Shown here: piece by piece, positions 16,800-27,426 of the stretch | Position numbering within the stretch: the first letter of the stretch is position 1 | Layout: each line of letters opens with the position of its first letter | The notes under the pieces: generated by a model | What the model was told of the DNA's origin: nothing | Seen by the model: only the letters and a program-made list of their open reading frames with translations | Database searches by the model: none | Source of the DNA: a virus | Lineage: Duplodnaviria; Caudoviricetes | Reading direction: 5' to 3' (one strand) | Virus record (IMG/VR): IMGVR_UViG_3300011116_001229 | DNA length: 64,000 bases | Program-made: the position numbers and the translations under genes

Positions 16800-19700
16800 A
16801 TGGCAGAAGGCGGCGGTGGCAAGGGAGGCAGCGGACCCAATCCGAAGGAAGTAAGTGCAGTTAACTCTGTGCTTCAGCAGCAGCTTGCCATCATGAACCA
16901 GCTGAAAGACGCGATTGCGTCAATGACTACGCAGATGTCAGAATTCTGTGAAGTCTCTGATAAGTGCTTTTCTTCTGACAAATGGCAGCAGGTCACCAAG
17001 CAAGCTCAAGCTTATAGCAGTCAAACAAAGACGTCAACTCAAAGCACCGGTCAGCTTGCTAAGAAGGCAAAAGAACTATCCACTAATTTTAGCAAGTTAG
17101 CTCCCACTATCGGCGGTGTAGCTGGCGGTTTAGCGGGTCTCAAGCAGGGATTTGCTAGCTTTGTTGCAAGTCTTAAAGGCGGGATCAACGTTATCAAATC
17201 AGCTGCTTCAGCTATCTTTGATCTGGGTAGATCAGTCATCTCTGTGCCCTTCAAGATGATGAAGGGCTTGATTAACATGGCAAATCAAGGCGGAGGCGGC
17301 GGTGGCGGCCTTGCTGAAGCCATGGAAGAACTCAGAAAAGAGTTCGGATTCTTAGGGCCGACGTCTGCAGCAGTTACTGACGTCGCCAAGAACATGCAAG
17401 GATTTTCTGATACTGGTCTAAGTGCCATAAGAGTTTTCGGCATGGCTGCAGACAGAATCAAGTACATGACTGCTCTCGCAAAAGAGATGGGTCCTCAGTT
17501 CGCTGCAAATGCTGAAGAATTCCGTCGAAACGGCGGAGCAATTCTAGCCTACCAAAAGGGTTTGGGTCTCACCGGTGAGCATCTGTCTGCGCTGGCGATT
17601 AAAGCTAAGCTCATGGGCGAAGACATGAGTTCTACTCTGAATGGCATCACTAAGCAAGCTTTACACATGTCAAAAGCATTTGGATTAGATGCCAAGGTAA
17701 TTTCAAGAGACATGGGCAAAGCCATGGCTGATGTGTCTCACTTCGGTCACTTGACTACACAGCAACTCAGTTCTGCTGTTGTTTATGCTAATAAATTGGG
17801 TGTGTCTATCGACAAGCTGACTGGCCTCATGGATCAGTTTGATACGTTCGACAAGGCAGCCGAGTCAACTGCATCTCTTAATGAACAGTTCGGAACGAAC
17901 ATCGACGCGATGGAATTGATGGCTGCACAAAGCCCAGCCGAGAAGATGGAAATGTTGAGAAAGTCTTTCCAGGCAACTGGAAAAGATATGTCTCAATTAA
18001 GCTTCCAAGAAAGAAAATTAATTCAACAAAAGACGGGTCTAGATCAGGCTACATTTGATGCTGCAATGGCGCAAGATGCTCAAGCTGATATTCTCGGAGA
18101 TATCAATAAAGAGTCTAAGAAAGCCGAAGACTCAACTTTAAAGCAAGCTGACGCTATGAAGCAGCTAGCTGTCCAAATTGAAAGAGTTGTTCAGAGCGGT
18201 GGCGGAGGATCACCGGGAGGAAGCTTCCTCGAAGCATTTACCAGAGGCTTCACGGAAGGCATCACCAAGACCCGTGAGTTCCAGCGTGTGATGATCAATA
18301 TCAGACGTTCACTTTTTGAAGTTGGTAGAATGGGATTCAACCTGGGTCAGTTGTTTGTGAAGGGCTTCCCAGGTGTAAAGCAGATTCTTGATGGTTTAGG
18401 CGATTTATTCGATCCCGCGAGATTTAGAAAATTATCGGGTGAAGTCCTTAAAATATTCAAGGGATTCCAGAATGGAAGCATAAAGTCATTTGACGAATTA
18501 ATGAGCAAATTGAAGACAGCATTCTTTGACTTCTTCAAGGCAGGCACACCGGCTTACGAGAAGATAATCGGAGGATTTAAGAATTTCTTCACTGCGCTCA
18601 TCAAGATTGTTTCTCAAATGATCATATGGATTGCTGATCACATTGAAGGTGCCATCAAGAGCTTGATTGAGTCACTTAAGAACGCTAAGTCTCCTGGAAT
18701 GGGAACATTCACGAAAATGTTCAAGCCGCTCATAGACGCTGCCATGCACGTTTTTGAGAAGCTCGGACCTCTTGTCTTGCCCTTACTGCTAGCTTTAGGT
18801 AAGAAAATCTTTGAAGTTTTAACTTCTGAGCAGTTCTTGACTTTCTTGAAGAAAGCCGGTCCGATTCTTGCACTTGTTATGTTTGGTCCCTCGCTACTGA
18901 AGTCCTTGACGGGTGCGTTGACCGGCACCTTGGCAGCAGCCGCCTCCGACGCAGTGAGAAACGCTTTCTTAGGCCCAGGATCAAAAAAGATTAGCGAGAT
19001 GACGGGCAAGCAGTTCTCCGAGCTAATGTCAAAGGCTACTCCTCCCCCCGCTCCTGCCGGTGCAGGAGGTCCAATAATTCCACCTGGAACACCTTCTCCT
19101 GCAGAGACAGCAAATGCTCAAGCTACGGGCTCTATCATCGACAGCTCACTCATAATCAAACTCTTACTCGCATTGGCTGCAATTATTACAATCGGTCTAG
19201 TTGCTTTCTATGCAGCTTCTAAGATGGTTAAGAATATGAGCCGTGAGCAGATAGAGAATACTCTTCTTACACTCGCCGGCATTGGAATAGCGATTATACC
19301 CGCTGCTATTGCAATGAAGCTCGTTTCCGGTCAGTCTCCGGCCTCAATTCTTGCTGCGATTCCTGCGTTAATTGCTTTAGGCCTGGTCATTCCAATGATG
19401 GCAGCTTTAGGCGTAGAAATTGCTAAGTCTCTTGCAGGAGTTCCGCTTGGCGACATCTTGTCGGCTCTTGCTCTAATTCTTGGCATGTCAGTGGCATTGA
19501 TACCTGCCTCAATGGCTCTCGCTAAACTAGCCGGAGTCGGCGGCGTTGTGACAGGTGCAGCACCGCTTATATTGGTTGCTTTGGCAGCATTAGGACTTCT
19601 CGTTCCAGCGATGGGTCTGCTGGGAATCAAACTTGCAGAGATGGCAGCAAGAATTGAATTAAGCAGTATTCTGAAGGCAATTATCTTACTTGCAGGTATG

Positions 19701-22700
19701 TCAGGAGCACTCCTAGCTGCTTCAGCTGCTCTAGCAGGTTTAGCAGCAGTAGGACCACTTGCCGGACTAGTTGGTGTTGCAATTATAGGTTTAGCAGCCG
19801 TGGGCCTAATTGCCGTCGCGATGTTTGAATTAGCTCCGGAACTAGCTGATGCTTCCTCATCGATACCGCTACCTAAAATACTCAAAGCTCTAGCAATATT
19901 AGGTCTCATGGCAGTTGCTGTTGTCGAAGTAGCTGTCGGCATGGCACTATTAGTAGCTGCGGGCGCGTTATCAATTCTAATGCCTGTCATTCTGATGGGG
20001 CTATCAGCTGTCCAAAAAGTCGGTGTTGGACTCATCGACATGTCTAGGGTCTTAGTTGAATCAGGACAAGGATTTAAACCCACTAAACTTGGACCTATCA
20101 TGGGTGCTCTTGCTTTAATGGCTGTCACCATCGCTGAAGTCATTCCAAACATGATCTTGCTTGCAGCTGCTGGCGCTTTAACACCTCTATATCCTGTCAT
20201 TTTATTAGGCATGATTGGCGTCGAAGAAGTCGCAACTTCATTATTAAAAGCAGCGCCTCAACTAGCCGCTGCTGGAGCAGGTATCAAAGCTGCAGCTATT
20301 GCTAGCGCGATGGGAATAATGGCACTAATGGCAGTAGCTATCGCTCAAAGTATAGGAAGTATGCTACTACTCGTCGCTGCAGCCCCACTAACATTATTGG
20401 CGCCTATCATTATTTTAGGCATGATCGGTGTGTCAGCAGTAGCCGCTGCACTTTTAAAGGCAGCGCCTAAGTTGGCTGAGGCTGCTTCAGGAATTGATGC
20501 CGGTGCTGTTGCAAATGCAATGGGCATCATGGCTCTAATGTCTTTAGCAATAGTCCAAGCCATTGGCAACATGCTGCTCTTAGTCGCAGCTGCGCCTTTT
20601 GCCTTGATATACAAGATAATAGGTTTAGGACTTAAGGCAGTCACTTGGACGGGTGAAGGTCTTCTCAACATGGGTAAGACAATTGCTGAAAAAGCCGCAG
20701 GTATTTCAGCAAGCAGTGTGATCGATGCGATGGGTGTCCTAGGTATAATAGCACTGCAAGTTATCGAATTAGCAGCAATCGCTGCTCTATTGACTGCTCT
20801 CGGAGCTCTGATTGTTACTTGGCCGATCATCAAGCTGGGCATGAAGCTAATGACGTGGACTGCAGAATTGCTTGCTGAGAAGGTACCCAGCATTGTAGAG
20901 AGTGCAAAGAAAATAGGATCATCAGGTCTTGCAGAAGCAATGCCAGGTATTGAAAACTTTGGCAAAGCATTGGATCAATTTGTGAAGATCATGGACGCGG
21001 TTGCTAGCCTATCTCAAATGGCAGAAGGCCCTATCAAAGCGATGGACTTTAGCTGGCGTGATACCGCAGCAGACAAAGCGAAAGCACTCGACAGTTTGAA
21101 GGGTGTTATGGACACCATGATGACCGGCGTCACGAATATATTGAACATAGTCTTGAAGATGGTCCAAGAAGTGGGTGCTTCGAGCGAAGCGCTTGAAGGT
21201 GCCAAATCAATTGTTGAGATACTAGCAGCTGTCGGTAAAATTGCAGAGGCGATGAAGCCATCACCACAATTTTTTGACGCTGTCAAAGCAGCTGACAATG
21301 ACGATGTGAAAGAGACGATGACTGAAGGCCTTGCGGGTCTTACTACTTTCATAAAAGAAGCTAGCACTCAGATTCAGGCAATTCTGGGCGTCATTTCAGA
21401 AAAACTCATACCTGCTATTGGCGGCATGTCACCGCAGCAGCTAGAAGCTGCCCAACATCTAGCACCTCTCATCGAGGCAGTTGGAAAAGTTATATCTGCT
21501 ATGCAGCCCCCTGACAACGTGATGGAAGTAATTCAAGAAGCTTCAGGCAATTTTTTAAAGATAAAAATCATCATGGATGGCGTGAGTTCTTATTTGACTG
21601 CAATGGCTCCTGCGATCGGCACGCTTTTGGACAATCTGGCTAAATACATCCCGGAGCTCGTCCGAAAAGTTGTCGGAGTAGGCCTCTCACCGGAGCAAAT
21701 GGATGCTTTGCAAGCTCTAGCTCCTCTTCTTTCGTCAATAGGAACTCTTGTCGGTTCACTCCTTACGCCCATGGCAGAGATCATGTCAAAGGCTGATGTT
21801 GACTTCTCTGATGCTGAAGAAGTTGCTAAAGTTCTCGGTAACATCGACATGATGTTTGCTAAGATGCAGGGTGCTTTAGACAAGATTTTAGATAAAGGCG
21901 GCCCCATGCAAAAACTTATTGATCTTGTGAAGGGCGTCACTCCCGAAGCCGCAGAAGCAGCCTCAAAGCTCTCCGGTGTGATAAATGCTGTGGGCTCTCT
22001 AGCAAAGGGCTTGCTACCACCACCTGAAGTTCTGAAAGCAATCCAAGACGCTGCGGCTGATGAAAAGAAGCTGACAAGCTTGATGACAAGTATTGAGAAA
22101 ATTGCCAGCATCCTATCTGACAACGTCGGCAAGCTAATGGGATCTCTATCGGGTATGGTCACATCGCTAGCCAGCGTTTCAGTCACACCCGACCAAGTCA
22201 AGTTGATGGAAGTGCTTGCTCCCATCTTAGGTTCTGCGACAAAACTTATCTCTGATCTCATAGCCAACGTCACGAAGAAGGGCCCGCCAAAAGCTGAAGA
22301 AATGGGTCCGCTGCAGGACTTCCTAGATAAATCAGTCGTTGCTATAAAACAAGTCTTTGATTCAATGTCGCAGACGGCGACGGACATGGTAAGATCAGTG
22401 GCTGAAGCAATAAAAGATCTCTCTAAGACAGGCCTTAAGCCAGAAGCCCTGAAGAGCGGCATGGAGTCTCTCAAGTCTGCCTTTGATATCATTACTTCAG
22501 TGTCCAATGTGATGAAGGACATCTCTGCGATGGCTACAAAGACTGACCCGAAGGGAGCCGTTTCTTTTGATGCAAGTGGTTACGGCGTTTTATTGGAAAA
22601 AGTTGATGAATTAATTAGCGCCATCTTTGAAGGCGACGCGTCTATCCTGCAGAAAATTTCCGCAGGCTTGCAGAAACTTCCTGCGGATTTTGGAAAGCAA

Positions 22701-23492
22701 AAAGACAAGGTTGAAGTCTTGAAGCTCACCTTTGACATGATCGACTCGCTTAATAAGGTGATGAAGAGCTTCTCCAAGGGCGAAGGAAAAGATGCCAAGA
22801 TAGACATCAATCCTAAGCTAATTGTAGAAAATCTTAATAAGCTAGTAGATATAGTCAATGAGCTTTCAGCAAGTGAATCAATTAAAAAATTACCAACAAG
22901 CTTGGCAGGATTAGCGCCGCTAGGCAAGCAAAAAGAAAATATTACTAGTGTAGATCAAGCATTCAAGGGACTTGAAGCTCTGACCAAGACGCTTAATGAC
23001 AACAAAGTTCAAGATGTCTCAAGCGTCGCAGTAACACTCAAGACAAATGTCGAGAAGCTTAACACGTCGCTTAACGATATATTGACCCCTGCCTCGACTC
23101 TATCAACAACAATCTCTAAAGTCACGACAGACTTCAAAGTTACAACACTTCAAAAATCTCTCACAGAGCTCGGCAGCATCGTCAAGGCTGTTCAACAATT
23201 AGATTCTGCGCTTGGATCTTTAGGCAACATTAACTTGCAGTCTAGAATGACAGCTATTGCGGGCTCAGCAGGTTTAGGGTCCGCTGGAATCTATACAGTG
23301 AAGAGCAAGGATGTTGTTGTGCAGATAACACTTAATGTGACGATGGAAGCCGGAGCAGTTGAGAGAGCCATCATTTCTGATTCAAAGTCTGAGATAAAAC
23401 GCATTGTCAATTATCACTCTGATAAATTAGGCACGTCTGCCGAAGATCTCAAGGGTGATGGTTATAATCACAATGACTACCAATTAAAGTAA
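16800..23492 (+). CDS. Tape measure protein
   Basis: 2230 aa; Ala/Gly/Leu-rich and helical, with a long hydrophobic repeat block; canonical position after the chaperone. Confidence 0.85.
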   Translation: MAEGGGGKGGSGPNPKEVSAVNSVLQQQLAIMNQLKDAIASMTTQMSEFCEVSDKCFSSDKWQQVTKQAQAYSSQTKTSTQSTGQLAKKAKELSTNFSKLAPTIGGVAGGLAGLKQGFASFVASLKGGINVIKSAASAIFDLGRSVISVPFKMMKGLINMANQGGGGGGGLAEAMEELRKEFGFLGPTSAAVTDVAKNMQGFSDTGLSAIRVFGMAADRIKYMTALAKEMGPQFAANAEEFRRNGGAILAYQKGLGLTGEHLSALAIKAKLMGEDMSSTLNGITKQALHMSKAFGLDAKVISRDMGKAMADVSHFGHLTTQQLSSAVVYANKLGVSIDKLTGLMDQFDTFDKAAESTASLNEQFGTNIDAMELMAAQSPAEKMEMLRKSFQATGKDMSQLSFQERKLIQQKTGLDQATFDAAMAQDAQADILGDINKESKKAEDSTLKQADAMKQLAVQIERVVQSGGGGSPGGSFLEAFTRGFTEGITKTREFQRVMINIRRSLFEVGRMGFNLGQLFVKGFPGVKQILDGLGDLFDPARFRKLSGEVLKIFKGFQNGSIKSFDELMSKLKTAFFDFFKAGTPAYEKIIGGFKNFFTALIKIVSQMIIWIADHIEGAIKSLIESLKNAKSPGMGTFTKMFKPLIDAAMHVFEKLGPLVLPLLLALGKKIFEVLTSEQFLTFLKKAGPILALVMFGPSLLKSLTGALTGTLAAAASDAVRNAFLGPGSKKISEMTGKQFSELMSKATPPPAPAGAGGPIIPPGTPSPAETANAQATGSIIDSSLIIKLLLALAAIITIGLVAFYAASKMVKNMSREQIENTLLTLAGIGIAIIPAAIAMKLVSGQSPASILAAIPALIALGLVIPMMAALGVEIAKSLAGVPLGDILSALALILGMSVALIPASMALAKLAGVGGVVTGAAPLILVALAALGLLVPAMGLLGIKLAEMAARIELSSILKAIILLAGMSGALLAASAALAGLAAVGPLAGLVGVAIIGLAAVGLIAVAMFELAPELADASSSIPLPKILKALAILGLMAVAVVEVAVGMALLVAAGALSILMPVILMGLSAVQKVGVGLIDMSRVLVESGQGFKPTKLGPIMGALALMAVTIAEVIPNMILLAAAGALTPLYPVILLGMIGVEEVATSLLKAAPQLAAAGAGIKAAAIASAMGIMALMAVAIAQSIGSMLLLVAAAPLTLLAPIIILGMIGVSAVAAALLKAAPKLAEAASGIDAGAVANAMGIMALMSLAIVQAIGNMLLLVAAAPFALIYKIIGLGLKAVTWTGEGLLNMGKTIAEKAAGISASSVIDAMGVLGIIALQVIELAAIAALLTALGALIVTWPIIKLGMKLMTWTAELLAEKVPSIVESAKKIGSSGLAEAMPGIENFGKALDQFVKIMDAVASLSQMAEGPIKAMDFSWRDTAADKAKALDSLKGVMDTMMTGVTNILNIVLKMVQEVGASSEALEGAKSIVEILAAVGKIAEAMKPSPQFFDAVKAADNDDVKETMTEGLAGLTTFIKEASTQIQAILGVISEKLIPAIGGMSPQQLEAAQHLAPLIEAVGKVISAMQPPDNVMEVIQEASGNFLKIKIIMDGVSSYLTAMAPAIGTLLDNLAKYIPELVRKVVGVGLSPEQMDALQALAPLLSSIGTLVGSLLTPMAEIMSKADVDFSDAEEVAKVLGNIDMMFAKMQGALDKILDKGGPMQKLIDLVKGVTPEAAEAASKLSGVINAVGSLAKGLLPPPEVLKAIQDAAADEKKLTSLMTSIEKIASILSDNVGKLMGSLSGMVTSLASVSVTPDQVKLMEVLAPILGSATKLISDLIANVTKKGPPKAEEMGPLQDFLDKSVVAIKQVFDSMSQTATDMVRSVAEAIKDLSKTGLKPEALKSGMESLKSAFDIITSVSNVMKDISAMATKTDPKGAVSFDASGYGVLLEKVDELISAIFEGDASILQKISAGLQKLPADFGKQKDKVEVLKLTFDMIDSLNKVMKSFSKGEGKDAKIDINPKLIVENLNKLVDIVNELSASESIKKLPTSLAGLAPLGKQKENITSVDQAFKGLEALTKTLNDNKVQDVSSVAVTLKTNVEKLNTSLNDILTPASTLSTTISKVTTDFKVTTLQKSLTELGSIVKAVQQLDSALGSLGNINLQSRMTAIAGSAGLGSAGIYTVKSKDVVVQITLNVTMEAGAVERAIISDSKSEIKRIVNYHSDKLGTSAEDLKGDGYNHNDYQLK
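19263..20940 (+). repeat. About eight tandem ~70-aa hydrophobic repeats in the tape measure
   Basis: Units such as MGALALMAVTIAEV...AAIASA, MGIMALMAVAIAQS...AVANA and MGIMALMSLAIVQA...SVIDA each count 70 aa. Confidence 0.75.
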
Positions 23493-23501
23493 TATAGACT
23501 T

Positions 23502-23762
23502 ATGATCAATAAAGAAGAATTTTTAAAGAGTCTTTACTCACACGAAGCAATGAGAGCTGCATTTGGGCAGGTCAAGACAAGCAAAGAGACAAATCAGATT
23601 AAAGCTTGCATAGACGAAGTCATTGGAAAATTTTATGACAGCGTCGCTGAAGCTTATGCACCTGTCCAAAAAAATCCCGACATGTTTAAGAATGTGGTCA
23701 CAGAAGAAGAGTCAAGCTTAATTAACTATGAAGAGTCGATTAAAGTGACTAAAGACAAATGA
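23502..23762 (+). CDS. Hypothetical protein
   Basis: 86 aa; coupled to both neighbours. Confidence 0.55.
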   Translation: MINKEEFLKSLYSHEAMRAAFGQVKTSKETNQIKACIDEVIGKFYDSVAEAYAPVQKNPDMFKNVVTEEESSLINYEESIKVTKDK

Positions 23763-26700
23763 CCGACAAGAAGCTTGACACAGGTACGGGTGGAATCAAT
23801 ATAGACGGTAAAGTCTATACGTACGATGTTGGTGTTGAAAGAGAAGTCGGAGACGATGGCCCCTGGTCGGGTGGAGATGTCAAGGTTGACACACAGGCAC
23901 GAGATGTGTCTAAAGGTACGCGTCGCACTCTAGCGCAGTATTTGAGCGACACGACATTGGGAAAGACTGATTCTGTTCCACAGCAAGCAGGGTCTAAGGG
24001 AAACAGATTCGTCATTCCCATGCAACCTGACGGTAATCCTGGCACGCTCTTCACGACTGTTGACGGAAACCCTGTAGGTCCTCAGCCCACACCCTCCAGC
24101 GCTTTTGAACCCAATCTTAGCGATCCGAACCGCGATGCTCGTCCAAACTTACCCATAGCAAATCTATCAGAGGAAAAAGTCTCACGCGGAATGATCAGAA
24201 GCACGCTGAAGAATGATGATGCTGATAATGCTACAGCTAATCAAGCGGCTGGAATTGACGGCAACAATTTATTAAAATTTGACCTAGAGTCAAATATTGT
24301 TCTGCGCCGCGGTTTGACGCTAGCTTATGAAGGCAAAAAGATAAAAGATGATCATCCTGTTGCTACTTACAGTAGTTCTCTTATCAAGAACAGATGGAAC
24401 ACAAGCAATCGATTCGGAAGTACACCAACAGAAGATACTCTTAGAAATAGACCGCTCGCTGCCATAAAATATGAATTGGGTGCGTCATATTCACCCGAAC
24501 GTTATCTGACTGATCCAAATCTAAAGACTGTTTCACATGCTCAACTTGCTGGTGTTGCCAATACACTTATGGCACGCGCGAGCACAGAATTAACTGCAAC
24601 TGATGAAAATTTTGATCCTGCAAATGCAGGGTTTCAAACTGCTGCATCGCTACTGCCGGGCTTTGGTCAGTTAGGTGCCGCGAGAGTTTCTGAGCTTGTT
24701 TTGCAAGCTAAAGATGTTTTAGAAAATATGGATCTCACGGAGACTGACGGAGATGAAAAATCTCCTGGTATTGATGCAGCTAATATTACTAGCATAGCTC
24801 CTGGAATCACATCCGCGCTTACATTTGATGCTCCGCTTCAATCGTGGGGTGCACTTAACAATCCCTTTGATGTGTACACAGGCCTGGGTGCTTTGGGAAT
24901 GCAGATTCTTTCAATTGCATTTGTCATCGCGATTACCATAATTCCGTCGGCGTTAAACATTAATTTGGATGCTAAACCACCTGGTGGAGAATTAGATGAA
25001 TATTCTAGAATGCCCATAGGTCGCTACAAACAAACAGGCAAGCCTATTCCTAATCTTTCTGCAGGTTACTTAATTTCGGGACTCGCGACCGGTTCTATTA
25101 GTTGGGCTACCATTCTTGGATTTGGAGAGACTTCTTTTCCCCTAAGCAGATGCATTGCTATTGGTATACTCGCTTTCTTTGGTCTCTACAAGCCCATTCT
25201 TGGTAAAACCCCGGAAGAAACTCAAGTTTCTGTAAAGCAGTCGCTCTTAGGCGCGCTTACATTGAGCGGCACAGAAGCATACGTCATATTTTCAAGATCA
25301 ATTATTCGATCATTCTTGCTCTTAGTTGATGAAATTATTAAAATAGGCAGGGCTTTCGCTAATCCCACTGCAGGAATCCAACAGCTGCTTGGCTTTATTG
25401 AATTTTTTAGATCTTCAAAGATAATGAGATTCCTCAACACCTGCGGTCTACTAGGAGATCAAATGCTCTTGATTGATCTACGGAATACTGACGAAAAATC
25501 AAAGGGATTCGGGCCTAGATCTTCATCGGTTGATGCGAAAAGCATAACAGGAGATTCTGCGTATAGAAAGTCAAGACTAATAGAATTAGGTTCTGCGGCT
25601 TCAGAAAACGGAAACGCCGGAATTTCAGGTGTCAAAGGTTCAGCTGATTCTGCAGGAGGCTCTGCAAAGAATTTGCGTCATGCCTGGTCTTCATTTAGAT
25701 CACCTGACATGTTGATCTTGCCAAAAAACTTACTTGCAGTCTCGCTCGTAGACCAAGAGCTCGGTGCACCGAGGCTGTTGCCCAACATTGAAGAAGACGA
25801 AAGAGTTGGCACAAGAAACGGATCATCAACATCACTCAAGCTTCGAGGCGGCGTTTACTCGGTAGCCGATACTAATGAGAGAATTAGCTCTGATGATAGG
25901 AAATATTTTGAAGGTGTTCTTGACGCTGAATACATGCCATTTTATTTTCATGACGTAAGAACGAATGAAATAGTTAGCTTTCATGCATTTTTAGCAAGCT
26001 TAGGAGATAGCTACACAGCAGGTTATGATTCAACCGACGCATTTGGTCGTGTAGAGCCTGTCAAAACTTATAAGAACACAGTAAGAAAAATTGATGTAAG
26101 CTTTCACATTGCAGCAATGAGCCCAGAAGACTTTGATTATATGTGGCTTAAAATCAACAAGCTAACGACCTTGGTATATCCTCAGTTCACACCTGGAAAG
26201 CTTGCAACGACACCGAACTATAGCGTGAGTATTCCATTTAGCCAACAAATTGCAGCTGCACCGCTTGTTAGACTTCGAATTGGTGACCTTATACAAAGCA
26301 ATTATTCAAGATTTAATCTTGCTAGACTTTTTGGTTACACATACGGTAGCGATGAGTACACTGATGAATCAGGTAGGCCAAAAGGTGCAAAGGGAGCAGA
26401 TCTCGGTACAATTAAAGTGCCAGAAAATTTTAGAGAACTTATTGCGTCTGCAAAGACCACTGGAAATACCTTCACATCTCACGGAGAATTAAATTTTACT
26501 TCGTTTGAAAAGCCGGACTCATGTCTGAGAACGTTCAGTGGGACGCCGAAATATCTAAGACTAAAAATAAATAAAGTTGACGGTGTTAAAGCTGAATGCA
26601 CTGTAGAAGTAAATCAAGATATCTTAGAAAAAATAAAAGAACCCGCCAGATCTAGTGTAAAGACTTCGGTTGAGAAATCTTATGGTTCTCCTGATGACCC

Positions 26701-27106
26701 AAGATCTTCTATCATTGGTAAAAAGTGTATAGTGCACCTAGATGATTTAATTCCTACTGACGAGACTTACAAGAAAGTCTTTGATAAGCAGCCTGACTTG
26801 CAAAAAGTAGCAAATTATCAAGCTGCAGTTCAAAATTTTATGCGCCCCGAGGTGAATTCTGTCGTCAGATCTTTTGAGTCCTCAGGAGGTAGAGGTATGC
26901 CAGGTTTCATCGAAACCATGAGTTTTGACTGGTATAGCGGAGTAACTTGGGAAGAGGATTCCAATCGCGGCCGCGCACCAAAAATGTGCAAAGTAACGAT
27001 GTCATTCTCGCCGTTCCATGACATCACCCCAGGTCTTGACTCACGAGGCGCAAATAGAGCACCCATCTATCCAATAGGGCCGCACGCTCCCAAGAAACGA
27101 GTTTAA
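23759..27106 (+). CDS. Baseplate / tube-initiator-like protein
   Basis: YMPFYFHDVRTNE.VSFHAFL..L.DSY...GRVEPVKTYKNTVRKIDVSF is a tube-like domain; position between tape measure and LysM genes. Confidence 0.55.
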   Translation: MTDKKLDTGTGGINIDGKVYTYDVGVEREVGDDGPWSGGDVKVDTQARDVSKGTRRTLAQYLSDTTLGKTDSVPQQAGSKGNRFVIPMQPDGNPGTLFTTVDGNPVGPQPTPSSAFEPNLSDPNRDARPNLPIANLSEEKVSRGMIRSTLKNDDADNATANQAAGIDGNNLLKFDLESNIVLRRGLTLAYEGKKIKDDHPVATYSSSLIKNRWNTSNRFGSTPTEDTLRNRPLAAIKYELGASYSPERYLTDPNLKTVSHAQLAGVANTLMARASTELTATDENFDPANAGFQTAASLLPGFGQLGAARVSELVLQAKDVLENMDLTETDGDEKSPGIDAANITSIAPGITSALTFDAPLQSWGALNNPFDVYTGLGALGMQILSIAFVIAITIIPSALNINLDAKPPGGELDEYSRMPIGRYKQTGKPIPNLSAGYLISGLATGSISWATILGFGETSFPLSRCIAIGILAFFGLYKPILGKTPEETQVSVKQSLLGALTLSGTEAYVIFSRSIIRSFLLLVDEIIKIGRAFANPTAGIQQLLGFIEFFRSSKIMRFLNTCGLLGDQMLLIDLRNTDEKSKGFGPRSSSVDAKSITGDSAYRKSRLIELGSAASENGNAGISGVKGSADSAGGSAKNLRHAWSSFRSPDMLILPKNLLAVSLVDQELGAPRLLPNIEEDERVGTRNGSSTSLKLRGGVYSVADTNERISSDDRKYFEGVLDAEYMPFYFHDVRTNEIVSFHAFLASLGDSYTAGYDSTDAFGRVEPVKTYKNTVRKIDVSFHIAAMSPEDFDYMWLKINKLTTLVYPQFTPGKLATTPNYSVSIPFSQQIAAAPLVRLRIGDLIQSNYSRFNLARLFGYTYGSDEYTDESGRPKGAKGADLGTIKVPENFRELIASAKTTGNTFTSHGELNFTSFEKPDSCLRTFSGTPKYLRLKINKVDGVKAECTVEVNQDILEKIKEPARSSVKTSVEKSYGSPDDPRSSIIGKKCIVHLDDLIPTDETYKKVFDKQPDLQKVANYQAAVQNFMRPEVNSVVRSFESSGGRGMPGFIETMSFDWYSGVTWEEDSNRGRAPKMCKVTMSFSPFHDITPGLDSRGANRAPIYPIGPHAPKKRV

Positions 27107-27126
27107 ACTTTTAAAGGATACAAGCT

Positions 27127-27426
27127 ATGGCCTTATTCGGAAGATATGATGCTAGTAACAAGATAGATAGAGGAAATCAGCAGGGGACATCTTTCACTAT
27201 ATCAAGAATACGTCAAGGCATAAAGAACGGATCAATACCTCTAGTCGGACAAATTGTCGCAACCGGCGCAGATAGACTCGACACACTCGCAGGAACTGTA
27301 TATGGGGATGCCAGATATTGGTGGGTCTTAGCAGCTGCGTCTGATATCGGTTGGGGTTTACAAGTACCGCCTGGCACACTAATCAACATTATTGATCTAC
27401 GACGCATAGAGGAGATATCGTCCTAA
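27127..27426 (+). CDS. LysM / gpX (gp53-like) baseplate protein
   Basis: GADRLDTLAGTVYGDARYWWVLAAAS...VPPGTLINI. Confidence 0.8.
   Translation: MALFGRYDASNKIDRGNQQGTSFTISRIRQGIKNGSIPLVGQIVATGADRLDTLAGTVYGDARYWWVLAAASDIGWGLQVPPGTLINIIDLRRIEEISS

Noticed and set aside
17051-22927. Long minus-strand ORFs within the tape measure (e.g. 19331-20212, 21590-22522)
   Set aside because: These are antisense shadows of Ala/Leu-rich biased codons, with no SD, motifs or promoter.
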